IMG/VR virus record: IMGVR_UViG_3300022752_000028
Reading direction: 5' to 3' (one strand)
Length of the DNA: 59,633 bases
Source of the DNA: an uncultured virus (IMG/VR IMGVR_UViG_3300022752_000028)
Taxonomy: Duplodnaviria; Heunggongvirae; Uroviricota; Caudoviricetes
A model generated the notes under the pieces. It did not search any database. It was not told the DNA's origin and saw only the letters and a program-made list of their open reading frames with translations. The stretch's first letter is position 1. Each line of letters opens with the position of its first letter. Positions 31,256 through 41,176 of this stretch are shown one piece after another. The position numbers and the translations under genes are program-made.

Positions 31256-33673
31256 ATGAACACAGTCAACAGCGATCTGATCACGATCATCAAAGATCTC
31301 CCACAGTCAAGCATTGACCTCAAAACTGTGACCGTTGACGATAGACAGTTCTATGAGTACACAGTCAGCTTCTTGGTCGACCAAATTGCAGCTTATGCTG
31401 CAAATATTAGGACGATGCGTGTTGACATTGCTTACAAGCGTGTGGGCAAGACATTTGCTCTTCTTGGTGGAAGAACTTTCGCAACAACGAGCGATATCAA
31501 CAACCAGATCCTCAGCGGCAAGAGGATCCGAAGAGATTTCGTCAATGATCGTGACAAAGAGCAGTTAGATAACACTATCACGACCCGACGAGCAGACATT
31601 TTCTCACGCTCAAGGAAGGTGAGTCGTTTTCGTCTGCAAGGTTCAAGATTTGTTGATCTTGCAGTTATTGAGAACACATTTGAGTCTGTTGTAGGCTTGC
31701 CCTCTAGTCAAGTATCAAAGATCATCGCATCTGATCTTATCAAGAACACACCGCCCGAGGCAGCGTCGTCCAGCGGCGTCAACGTGTACTCAAATCTAAC
31801 TTTGTCAGGCAGAGATCCTGCAAAGCAGATTGTGGGTGCAAGCCTAGTTGAAGATGCTGAGATTGCTCGCAAGGGAATGGGTGCAGCACAACAGCAGCAG
31901 CGCACCATCGGGAGCGCGTTCACAACAACAGCACTCCAAGGCAACAGGAACAGCCTCCTTCCTGCAACTTTGACAGCACAGAAGCGTCAGAAAGTATCAA
32001 CAGACGTGCTGCTACCGCACACATTTCGAATCCCGGCATCTTTGACACCACCCAGCGGTAAATTTACCATCATATGCACGATCAGGAAGGCAAATGGTGA
32101 CCTTATCCAGAAGATTGACTTTACAATTAATCATGCGCGCCAGCTCATCAAAAATAGCGTACCAAGTCAGCTTCCAGCAGTCGGCGTCCAATTTGTGTCT
32201 AAGACGACAGCGCAAGTCAATGTCTTCAACAAAGATCCTCGAGTAACTGGGATTAGGATCTACAATCGAGACGTTCCCACCTATCAGTCTGTGGCTCAGC
32301 AAGCACCATTCAAGGTCGTTGGAACACTTCCAGCAGATTGGCGCCAGCAGGCAATCACGAGAAAGTTACCGATCAAGTCAACAACAAATAAGATCATTCG
32401 TGCTGTGCCTGTGCTTACATCTGGCATTGTGCTAGGCAATTTTGAGAGTAAAACGCTGTCTGTGAGAGATGAACTTGTCGCGGGTACAGTTGTCGCAACT
32501 GCGAACAAAGGAAATGTAACCGTTGAGCTGTTCGGTGCTCCTGCAAATTACAAGTACGTCCAGTTTGTGCGTCGTTCTATCGACAAGAAACAGAAGCAAT
32601 GGGATAACATACAGACGCCACTAAAGATAGGTGCTGGGATCGCTACAATTGAAGATTTGACAGTCAACACTGAGCGCACATATGAGTATGCTGCCTTCCT
32701 GCAGGACACTTACGGTAATATTAAGCGTGCAAGAACGACATCTGTGGTTAGAGTTACTGACTACACATCGGGCACGGAAATTAGTGTTACGCAGAAGAAT
32801 GTAAATGTCAGCGGCGCGAGCACCACAACAACATTCAATGTGTCTGTTACACTTACTAAGGATAGTGATACAACAGCAATCCTAAACGCGACGAAAGAGC
32901 AGGGAATTGATAACTACTTTGAAGAAGAGACGTTAAAGTTGTCGGGTGATCTGTCTTCCATCACAAAAGTGAATGTTAGAAGGGTATCGCTCGACACAGG
33001 TGAGATCAAAGATCTTGGCGTTGTGGCACCTGGAGATTTTACTGATACAACGACTGAGAATGTCGTCTACATCTTTGAGGGCCTCCTGCGAGGTCAAGCT
33101 GATCTCTTTGAAGAGATAGGTGCAGACAAGACATCACCCCGCGTTTTCAATCCGAGAGATGCACTCCAGAGAAGTCAAATTGTGTCGTCAAACTTGACGT
33201 CAAAACCACAACTTTCAAAAGTTAACTTCACACAGAAGTTCCTGTCCAAGAAGGCTACACTACGGGGAACTTTGTCGTATGGCAACACAAAAGTTACCGA
33301 TGTCGACACATCAGGCTTCTTGCAAGGGCGTCTAGGTATCACGGATACATTTGCTGTAAATCAAGCAGGTGGATCGACAAATATCAATAACTTTGAACTC
33401 GTCACAGTTGATGAAGGCCGCCGCCTCATATCATTCGATGTAATCAGCACAACTGCACAAAAAGTCATCGACTTCTTTATCATCTCAACGATCAAGGGCG
33501 GCGTGAGATCTATTGTTGGAACATGTCACTACGTTGACGATAGTGTGCGACAAAATTTCCTTGATGACAAGACGAGGTTGAGGACGGGGCAGATTGCATA
33601 TGTCGTCACTCCTGTCAAGTACGATGGAACAACGCTAAATGAGACAACAACGCGTCAATTCGAGGTGGTGTGA
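31256..33673 (+). CDS. Beta-sandwich (Ig/FN3-like) structural protein
   Basis: Repeated strand patterns (IRIYNR...VVGT; FVRRS...TYEYAAF; FLDD...IAYVVTPV); location in the structural block. Confidence 0.5.
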   Translation: MNTVNSDLITIIKDLPQSSIDLKTVTVDDRQFYEYTVSFLVDQIAAYAANIRTMRVDIAYKRVGKTFALLGGRTFATTSDINNQILSGKRIRRDFVNDRDKEQLDNTITTRRADIFSRSRKVSRFRLQGSRFVDLAVIENTFESVVGLPSSQVSKIIASDLIKNTPPEAASSSGVNVYSNLTLSGRDPAKQIVGASLVEDAEIARKGMGAAQQQQRTIGSAFTTTALQGNRNSLLPATLTAQKRQKVSTDVLLPHTFRIPASLTPPSGKFTIICTIRKANGDLIQKIDFTINHARQLIKNSVPSQLPAVGVQFVSKTTAQVNVFNKDPRVTGIRIYNRDVPTYQSVAQQAPFKVVGTLPADWRQQAITRKLPIKSTTNKIIRAVPVLTSGIVLGNFESKTLSVRDELVAGTVVATANKGNVTVELFGAPANYKYVQFVRRSIDKKQKQWDNIQTPLKIGAGIATIEDLTVNTERTYEYAAFLQDTYGNIKRARTTSVVRVTDYTSGTEISVTQKNVNVSGASTTTTFNVSVTLTKDSDTTAILNATKEQGIDNYFEEETLKLSGDLSSITKVNVRRVSLDTGEIKDLGVVAPGDFTDTTTENVVYIFEGLLRGQADLFEEIGADKTSPRVFNPRDALQRSQIVSSNLTSKPQLSKVNFTQKFLSKKATLRGTLSYGNTKVTDVDTSGFLQGRLGITDTFAVNQAGGSTNINNFELVTVDEGRRLISFDVISTTAQKVIDFFIISTIKGGVRSIVGTCHYVDDSVRQNFLDDKTRLRTGQIAYVVTPVKYDGTTLNETTTRQFEVV

Positions 33674-36600
33674 TGCCTTATGATTATAGAAGTACATTAT
33701 CTAACTTGCAGGTTCAAGCACAGCGCAATAGAACAGCAGATACTGCAACTAATGCATTTTCTGATGCACAATCAGCAAGAGAAGAAGCAGGCAGCAGAGG
33801 AACAACAGCTGAAGACATTACAACACGATTAGCGCAGCGAGGGCCGAGTTTTGGGTCGCCCGGACCGACAATAAATGATAGAGGAACAGCCGCAGGCGCG
33901 CTTGCATCTCGATTGGGCCAGCGAGGGCCGAGTTTTGGGTCAAGGTCAACAACAGGCGCAGTGCGAGGCAGCGTGCAGCAGCGCCAGAACTATGGAAGCA
34001 TGCTACAACAAATGCTTGAAGACGATCAAGATTATAACTTGCTAGATGCTTCATCGCGTGATGTTTACCTCACCGCCTCACATGGATTGACGTCACAGTA
34101 CCCAGCAATTCTATTGACGACACCCAGAACAGCTAAAGTTGTAGATGTAGGCTCTGGATTGACAACAACACCGTTCATTATTGATCTTAATAATGAAGTT
34201 AAGAAGACAGTTGAAAGAGACGTCAAAGCAGCACTTGATCAAAATTCTGCCGTGCTACAGCTTACAACGACTCAATATGATCAGAATGTGCAGATTGCAA
34301 ATGACTATGCTAATCGATGCATCCAGGCATCAATCAGTAAAGATGCATTAATAAAATTGCTTAGAATTAACAATATTTCATTACAACAAAATGTCAATGA
34401 CGTTAGCAATTTTATAATTGGTGATGCAAATGACACACCTTACATCTACATGTCAGGAAAAGAAAATATTGACGCATACTTCAAGAGTTTAGTTGACAAT
34501 TACAATACAAGTGTCTTTACAGAAGGATCAAACACACAGGCAGTTACTCAGATATTAAAAACAATCTTCAACTATTTTGTAATAGGTGACATTTCATTTC
34601 AAGATTTAAGCGACGACACCCAGCAGGGGATAGCAAAAAAATCAATAATTGATGGTTACTTAAACAAGCTATACGCAGACGAAGTAGTCAACTTAAGATC
34701 AATCATACCTGCTGATGATAGTCAAGCCATTGTACTGCTTAATAGTAACTCTAATGTTCGTTTCTCATTTCAAGCCTACAAAAATGCAGACAATATCACA
34801 AGTTTAACACGTCTTATACAGAGAGACATAGTTGCGCATGGTAACCTTGTGCAAACAGCAGAAACTCAAAACTATAATAGCAGTCAAGAGCTTATATCTT
34901 ATTACACAGGACCATTCTCATCAATACAAGTAAGTTATAGCGCAGGAACGGTCATAAATTTTGATAAAGTTAATGATATCTTTGCAAATAGTTACACCAA
35001 TATCAATGAAATTATTGAAGATAGTGGAAGGCCTGAGATCCAACGTTTTCGACGTGCGCTAATTGGCACAGAAGATGGTGTAAGTTATGGAAAGCTAGAT
35101 GATGGTCGAGGAATTGATTATCTTATTTATGATGAAATTTTAGGTGGAAGTCTACCAATACAATTTAGCAATCTTACAAGCACAGCAAATCTCTACAGCA
35201 ATTATGCGCAAGAGATTTACAATCTTGTTGTAAAGTCAATTACATCTAATTTATCTGCATCACAGCGAGAAATAGTACGTAAAATAAAGGACTACTTCCT
35301 AAGCTTTATTAGAGGATCTGGCATCGATACTGATGAAATAAGCAGTCTTGGGAGCGCTTTTAGAATAGGCTGCTTTATCATGGCAGCAAATGATGATAAG
35401 ATAGCAGCAAGACTTTTTAGATATATTTGCACCAAAGACAAGCAAATACATGGTATTACAAACGACACAGAAATTGAAGTCTCGAAGAATGAATTGCACG
35501 ATGCAATAGCAGAAAAAATTGGTGTTTCATCTCTTACAGGAGATAAACTGAGATTTTTGGGTTCAATATCTGATGGTGGAAAGAGAAGCTTCAACATTGA
35601 AAGATCAAACTCACTTAGATACATGGAAGGTGATGATACTTCATTCCAGACTTTCCACAATATCATCAGATCAACAGAAGAAGCATACATCAATACATAC
35701 AACTTTGAAAATGTGCCAAATGGTACGACACCATTTGGTGCAGGTTTGACAAGAGATGCACGTGCATTTGTTATTTTTAACTTATTCTTAGCAGTGTTGA
35801 GAGAGACGAAATGTTCTGTAGAAATTAGTAAAACTACTACGAGCTCAGACGGAGTTTCAACATCTACTACATCAATGAAAATACAGTACTATCCTATTCA
35901 ATTTTCTTCATTAAAGTTTGCATTAGAAAATAGTGAAGCTTCACCAAGACAGCTTGATACCTCACTAGATCAGTACATTAGCACGGTAGGAGATTTTACA
36001 ACATCACTTGGGTTTTCTGGTCTTGATACAGACGCAGTAGATAAACTTAAGAATGATGTGAAGTATTTGCATTCCACATATTTTAACGCAATTGTTCAAA
36101 AAATTGACCAACAAAATCAAACTTGTTTAGATTTATCAAATTTACTAGTAAATCATGCAGCACAGATAAAAGCGCAGATGAACGATTTAAAGGTAAAATT
36201 GCAAGGTGTAACTAATTTAATTTCTTCTAACAATCTGCTAGGAACAGAAGCAGTAATTAATACAGTACAGCTGGAACAAGCAATTCTCAAGAAGAACATT
36301 GTTGATCGTTACACAAACCTCTTGCGTGGAGCACCATATCTCCCATCAGCTGTCGATCACGATGTCGGTCAAGCTCTAAACACAAAGACAGTTGTTGCAA
36401 CTTATCCTGATCTAAACGATCCAGTGAATGATGCATTGACGAGGAAGTTTTTAATTGCTGTTGGAATACCGACAGGTCTGATGGAAAATCTAAGATATCA
36501 AAATACTATTTCAACATCAGAACACCTGTACAGCATTGATCTAGTCTTTAAGAACCTCCAGGTCACGCAGGAAGAAGAAGATATACAAACATTTGAAGCA

Positions 36601-37386
36601 CGTGTAACTAAAGGGTACACATTTTCAACGCGTGTCTTTGTCAACGAAGGATCACAGTTAACAGATGGGGCCGACACTAAAGCAAGCGAACTGACTAATT
36701 ATAGTCAGATTTATAGTGCTACAAAATACAAAGTTGTTGACGATACTGGAAACTACCGTGACATCACCGTTACAGATCTTGAGCGTATCTTAGGTGACAG
36801 AAAAATTGTTGATAACCACCTCATGAGCCACTATGCAAAGCTACTGTTGAAGACGACAGCAGGTATAACACTCGATGAGGAAGTTTTTGATCTTGTTCCT
36901 CAAGTTAGAAGCTATCCAGATGCTGCCCAGGATGCTAATTACACGACAATAGTTGATCGAATTTCAGTCAACTATCCAGATACACCGGAAGGCCAGCTGA
37001 ACAAGGAGCGCGTATTTCGCGATCTATCGAGGTCAATACAACTTGCACCCGATCAGCACAAGATATCAATGATGGTGTCAAAGACATTTGAAAGGATACA
37101 TGTGATACCTGTCGACGTCAGTGAAGTTATTGAGCAACTCCAGATCAGCAGAGAAGACATTGCATTCTTAGATGTCGTCGCTAAGATACGTCTTGAAGAT
37201 AGCCAGCCTCCTGTCACATTTGAGGCAGCAACAACACGTAGAAGCTACTCAAATGCGCTCCAGAACGCTTTAACAACATTTGTGGAGACAGACGTTAGAT
37301 CACAAGGTATCGATAGTGTAGGAATAAACAGAGTTATCGAGACAAGCAATCGATTTGGTGGACGCCTAGGAGGCAATAACAGATGA
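33673..37386 (+). CDS. Large hypothetical virion protein (about 1237 aa)
   Basis: Long ORF coupled to both neighbours, with a GAGGTGG SD, a repetitive N-terminus and an AT-rich centre. Confidence 0.6.
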   Translation: MPYDYRSTLSNLQVQAQRNRTADTATNAFSDAQSAREEAGSRGTTAEDITTRLAQRGPSFGSPGPTINDRGTAAGALASRLGQRGPSFGSRSTTGAVRGSVQQRQNYGSMLQQMLEDDQDYNLLDASSRDVYLTASHGLTSQYPAILLTTPRTAKVVDVGSGLTTTPFIIDLNNEVKKTVERDVKAALDQNSAVLQLTTTQYDQNVQIANDYANRCIQASISKDALIKLLRINNISLQQNVNDVSNFIIGDANDTPYIYMSGKENIDAYFKSLVDNYNTSVFTEGSNTQAVTQILKTIFNYFVIGDISFQDLSDDTQQGIAKKSIIDGYLNKLYADEVVNLRSIIPADDSQAIVLLNSNSNVRFSFQAYKNADNITSLTRLIQRDIVAHGNLVQTAETQNYNSSQELISYYTGPFSSIQVSYSAGTVINFDKVNDIFANSYTNINEIIEDSGRPEIQRFRRALIGTEDGVSYGKLDDGRGIDYLIYDEILGGSLPIQFSNLTSTANLYSNYAQEIYNLVVKSITSNLSASQREIVRKIKDYFLSFIRGSGIDTDEISSLGSAFRIGCFIMAANDDKIAARLFRYICTKDKQIHGITNDTEIEVSKNELHDAIAEKIGVSSLTGDKLRFLGSISDGGKRSFNIERSNSLRYMEGDDTSFQTFHNIIRSTEEAYINTYNFENVPNGTTPFGAGLTRDARAFVIFNLFLAVLRETKCSVEISKTTTSSDGVSTSTTSMKIQYYPIQFSSLKFALENSEASPRQLDTSLDQYISTVGDFTTSLGFSGLDTDAVDKLKNDVKYLHSTYFNAIVQKIDQQNQTCLDLSNLLVNHAAQIKAQMNDLKVKLQGVTNLISSNNLLGTEAVINTVQLEQAILKKNIVDRYTNLLRGAPYLPSAVDHDVGQALNTKTVVATYPDLNDPVNDALTRKFLIAVGIPTGLMENLRYQNTISTSEHLYSIDLVFKNLQVTQEEEDIQTFEARVTKGYTFSTRVFVNEGSQLTDGADTKASELTNYSQIYSATKYKVVDDTGNYRDITVTDLERILGDRKIVDNHLMSHYAKLLLKTTAGITLDEEVFDLVPQVRSYPDAAQDANYTTIVDRISVNYPDTPEGQLNKERVFRDLSRSIQLAPDQHKISMMVSKTFERIHVIPVDVSEVIEQLQISREDIAFLDVVAKIRLEDSQPPVTFEAATTRRSYSNALQNALTTFVETDVRSQGIDSVGINRVIETSNRFGGRLGGNNR
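33796..33941 (+). repeat. Degenerate 84-nt in-frame tandem duplication
   Basis: Exact 23-mer CAGCGAGGGCCGAGTTTTGGGTC at 33835 and 33919, plus AGAGGAACA at 33796 and 33880; both pairs are 84 nt apart. Confidence 0.9.
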
Positions 37387-39203
37387 CTGAGACAGTCATA
37401 TCAAAACCTGCTTTGTTAGTTGATCTTCCCGAAGTCAGCAGCATAGAAGCAAAGTTCGTCTACAACTTTTTTACGCCCGATGAGCGTACTAACGAGACGT
37501 CTAATGTGTACGGTAGCGTCGGTTTTACATCGACCGACGTTGATCTAACAACATCAACGTATACAGATAATATCGGTACATCGAACATACAAAATGAAAC
37601 GCTCAGAGCGTTTTATGGGCGAAACGCCGTCTATCCTAGATTTAATAGGATAACTATCATAAAGCCTCCTGTCAACATTGATAGAAACTTATCTATTAGA
37701 AGAACAGATATAAAAGGAAATGTTGCTCGAGAAGCTGCGCTCAATGTGTTTGGAAGAGTAGGTGTCAGCATTATTGACACAACGCTGGACAAGACAATTT
37801 ATCGCATCCTATCAGGGTCGATCTCATCTCTTGAGAGACAGGAATCGAATAGCGCATCTCAAAGAATTCTTGATGCTGTCGTGAATAGCATACAACCTGA
37901 CGGATACAGGTATGCAGTATCTGATATGCGTCAAATCAAAGTCAGTGCTGTTGAAGAGACACTACGTGGTCTTGAGTTTGGCTTTTCTTTTCTACCTACT
38001 GTTGCAGGAACAGTTGCAGATGCCAGCCTAAACTCACCGAAGAATGTTTATGCAGATGAGATCTCTAGTACACAAACTGAATTGAACGAAGTTGAAGATC
38101 AATCTGTTGCTGGGAGCAGGCCATACGTTCTTAGAACGTCTGACTATGAAGCAGATTTTAATTTTATTGATGATGTAGTCATCGTCTCACCAACACTCAA
38201 GAATAATTTAATCGGCTACATCATCCAAAAGTTTGGCACACGTGACGATGGAACAATTGACATCTTTAGTGAGAAGCTTGAACTCAATCCAAATACAACT
38301 TCGTTCATCGATCCTGAGATCGCATACGGAAGACGCTACAAGTACAGAGTGATCTCTCTGTATGCATGTCAGTTTCAGATGAACCAGCAAGTGACGACAG
38401 CATTTGGAACTGAAGAAGATAAACCTGTGACCAGGTATGCCCTGTTTGCGTCAAGAGGCTCAGATGCATCCGTCGTCTGTGAAGAGTACATTGCACCTCC
38501 TCCACCCGTTGATCTCGCATTTAGATATCGAGCTGATAATACAGGCTTAAACATTACGTGGAATTTTCCCATCAACTTGCAAGCCGACATTAAGAAAATT
38601 CAAGTTTTTCGGAGAAGCTCGACTTCGGAGCCATTTCAGTTGCTCAGAATGTACGACTTTGACGACTCAGTTATCAAGACATCAGATCCAGAGAGTGTAC
38701 CAGAACGTCTGATAACACGTAGCTTGCTACCCACTACGCTGCACAGAGACACAGAGTTCACTAAGAACAGTAGGTTCATCTATGCAGTGTGCGCCATCGA
38801 CGCGCACGGCTACACGTCTAACTACTCAGTGCAACTTGAAGCATCTTACGATAGATACCGCAATAGGATTAACACACGTGTCATCTCTAGATCCGATGCG
38901 CCTAAGCCATATCCTAACATTTTTCTCAACCGTGACACATTTGTCGATACCATGAAGATGTCAGGCTACACACGCCTCAACATTTATTTTGATCCTGAGT
39001 ACATCAGCATCACAGATGCAACTGGCGATGATCAAGAGCACGTTGTCTTCAACAATAACCGCGGCGATGATAACAGCTATAAGCTACTTGTTGTTAATAC
39101 TGACTTCCAACAGAGCCAAACACTTGATATTAAGATCAACGATAGTTATGTTGAACCTCCAGTTATCACGCCTTCGACAGCCCGTGTCTTTAGGCCTACG
39201 TAA
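37383..39203 (+). CDS. Structural protein with fibronectin type III-like domains
   Basis: FIDPEIAYGRRYKYRV and APPPPVDL...LNITW...VFRR...FIYAVCAIDAHG.TSNYS follow the FN3 pattern. Confidence 0.6.
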   Translation: MTETVISKPALLVDLPEVSSIEAKFVYNFFTPDERTNETSNVYGSVGFTSTDVDLTTSTYTDNIGTSNIQNETLRAFYGRNAVYPRFNRITIIKPPVNIDRNLSIRRTDIKGNVAREAALNVFGRVGVSIIDTTLDKTIYRILSGSISSLERQESNSASQRILDAVVNSIQPDGYRYAVSDMRQIKVSAVEETLRGLEFGFSFLPTVAGTVADASLNSPKNVYADEISSTQTELNEVEDQSVAGSRPYVLRTSDYEADFNFIDDVVIVSPTLKNNLIGYIIQKFGTRDDGTIDIFSEKLELNPNTTSFIDPEIAYGRRYKYRVISLYACQFQMNQQVTTAFGTEEDKPVTRYALFASRGSDASVVCEEYIAPPPPVDLAFRYRADNTGLNITWNFPINLQADIKKIQVFRRSSTSEPFQLLRMYDFDDSVIKTSDPESVPERLITRSLLPTTLHRDTEFTKNSRFIYAVCAIDAHGYTSNYSVQLEASYDRYRNRINTRVISRSDAPKPYPNIFLNRDTFVDTMKMSGYTRLNIYFDPEYISITDATGDDQEHVVFNNNRGDDNSYKLLVVNTDFQQSQTLDIKINDSYVEPPVITPSTARVFRPT

Positions 39204-39237
39204 TATTTAACTTATAACTTCAAGCAAAGAATATTTA
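39203..39237 (+). promoter_or_regulatory. Two copies of the putative late promoter ATATTTA
   Basis: At 39203-39209 and 39231-39237 in the intergenic gap, followed by AGGTG SD and the ATG at 39253. Confidence 0.5.
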
Positions 39238-39252
39238 GAAACAGGTGTACAA

Positions 39253-39957
39253 ATGGGTTTTCTCAATCAAACAACAAACAACATCATCGTTGACGCAGTT
39301 TTAACTGACCTAGGTCGACAGTTTCTCGCGAGAAATGATGGTAGTTTCAACATCGTTAAGTTCGCACTAGCAGACAATGAAGTTGACTACACTATCATCC
39401 AGCAATACGGACGACTTGTTGGAAAAGACAAGATCGAGAAGAACACGCCAGTATTTGAAGCTTCAACCAACGCAAACATTGCGCTCAAGTACAAGCTGGT
39501 AAGCATCTCGAATCCTGCCTTGACATTGCTCCCATCCCTCACACTTGATTACGGATCAGCGATCGTTAATTCTAATGTCGTGTCGATCTCACGCCTCACA
39601 CAGAACCCATCTCTCACGATCACTGTTAAGCAGTCGATCACGCAAGGTAACTTTGTCTCACCTGAGCTCATTGATAATGCATTTGAAGTTCGCGTCAACG
39701 ACCTGTTCCTAGGGCTCCAGAACCTCGTGCCCGACTCAGTTGATGCAAGCAACAATGCAACCTACCTTGTTGACAGGTCGTCAGCACTGTCAAGTGCAAG
39801 TGAAGCTTCCGGACAGTTCACACTGCGCCTCAAGACATTCTCTCAGACGCTGTTCGACACATACAAGTCAAGTGGCCTCAATGTTGTTAGAACATACGTT
39901 CGTATTACAGGCATCAATTCAGGTGCCGTCAAAGAATTTGAAGTAAGGATCAGCTAG
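39253..39957 (+). CDS. Structural protein with a tail-collar-like N-terminus
   Basis: IVDAVLTDLGRQFLAR...IVKFALADNEVDY resembles the start of the P2 gpH/DUF3751 collar domain. Confidence 0.6.
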   Translation: MGFLNQTTNNIIVDAVLTDLGRQFLARNDGSFNIVKFALADNEVDYTIIQQYGRLVGKDKIEKNTPVFEASTNANIALKYKLVSISNPALTLLPSLTLDYGSAIVNSNVVSISRLTQNPSLTITVKQSITQGNFVSPELIDNAFEVRVNDLFLGLQNLVPDSVDASNNATYLVDRSSALSSASEASGQFTLRLKTFSQTLFDTYKSSGLNVVRTYVRITGINSGAVKEFEVRIS

Positions 39958-39965
39958 GATAAAAA

Positions 39966-41162
39966 ATGCCCACATTTAAAGAGATAACTGCTGCAGATAT
40001 CAAGACTAGCAGATCAGCACTCAACCAGCTGGTCGACGTCATCCAGAACGACATCTCGAGCTCAGATACGCGCAAGAAGTATCAAGTGTTCGTCACAGGC
40101 GGCATAGGGCCTGGCGTCACATCATCGCTGTTTCAGACAGTTTTCGATCAGGATTACACTCTGCAGACGGCAAATGAGGTGCTCGACTTAACAGTAGGCC
40201 TCTTCTCAGGTAGCTCAACAGTTGCTGGTAGCACAACTGGCGTCGATTCAGCAGGCAAGCTTCTCTTCCCATCGCAGTCATTGATGATGAGAGAGAAGAT
40301 CAACGTCTACCGACAATTTGCACAGACGCTGCTCGGCGACGCAGATGCTCAGTTTACAGCACCATTCAGCAATCCTGCAACAACTGACTACATTGACGAA
40401 GCAATATTCGTCAACATTAAGCGTCTATTCGCACGCGACCGTGTCAAGCCACAGACATTTGCGATGCAATTCTACACATCGGCAACACTTGATCGTGTAG
40501 CTGATCCCGTGAATGGCACATTTACTAATACAGACGAGACATCTGAGATTGGATCAGCCATTTTGACAGATGCGGGTCAAGGGACGCAGTTTGGTTTCGG
40601 TGGTCAAGTTGGCGATATTGCATTCTCCACGCTGTCATCTAATGTCGTAGGCAATCTCTTCTACGATCAAGGCATCATAGTTCTAGACGCCAAGAAGGTT
40701 CTATCAGGGACGCAACATGTGTCGGGAACAATTGACGCTATGTCATCAGGCGGTACAACTGTAATCGGAAGTGCAAGTGGAAATACAAATGCCAAATTTA
40801 TCCCTGATTTCTTTGTCTCAGGATCGATTGACGATATTGTTGACCATCTTGCATCCTGCAGATTTAGCTCGGGCTCACTCACAGCACTGACATTCCAGAA
40901 TGTCACCAACATCAACTCGACATTGGTGTTCTGTCGTGCCACAGCGGATGAGTTCAACTACTCGTCAAATCCCACGTTCACTGACGCAGACGGTAACATC
41001 ATTGTCATCGATGATCCCACAACTGATCGTACCTTCAGTTACATCACAACGGTGGGCCTCTACGATGCAAACGATAACTTGCTGGCAGTTGCCAAGATGA
41101 GTCGTCCAATCGAGAAGAATGATGAGAAGGATTTGACATTCCGCGTTCGACTTGACTTCTAA
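39966..41162 (+). CDS. Baseplate/tail-collar-type structural protein
   Basis: VGNLFYDQG, EFNYSSNPTF and C-terminal YITTVGLYDANDNLLAVAKMSRPIEK...FRVRLDF. Confidence 0.62.
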   Translation: MPTFKEITAADIKTSRSALNQLVDVIQNDISSSDTRKKYQVFVTGGIGPGVTSSLFQTVFDQDYTLQTANEVLDLTVGLFSGSSTVAGSTTGVDSAGKLLFPSQSLMMREKINVYRQFAQTLLGDADAQFTAPFSNPATTDYIDEAIFVNIKRLFARDRVKPQTFAMQFYTSATLDRVADPVNGTFTNTDETSEIGSAILTDAGQGTQFGFGGQVGDIAFSTLSSNVVGNLFYDQGIIVLDAKKVLSGTQHVSGTIDAMSSGGTTVIGSASGNTNAKFIPDFFVSGSIDDIVDHLASCRFSSGSLTALTFQNVTNINSTLVFCRATADEFNYSSNPTFTDADGNIIVIDDPTTDRTFSYITTVGLYDANDNLLAVAKMSRPIEKNDEKDLTFRVRLDF

Positions 41163-41176
41163 TGTGAGGGAGGACG

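Noticed and set aside
33835..33941. 23-nt direct repeat as a possible mini-CRISPR array
   Set aside because: Only two copies, in frame within a long ORF, with a period of 84 nt and similarity extending into the supposed spacer; no cas operon.
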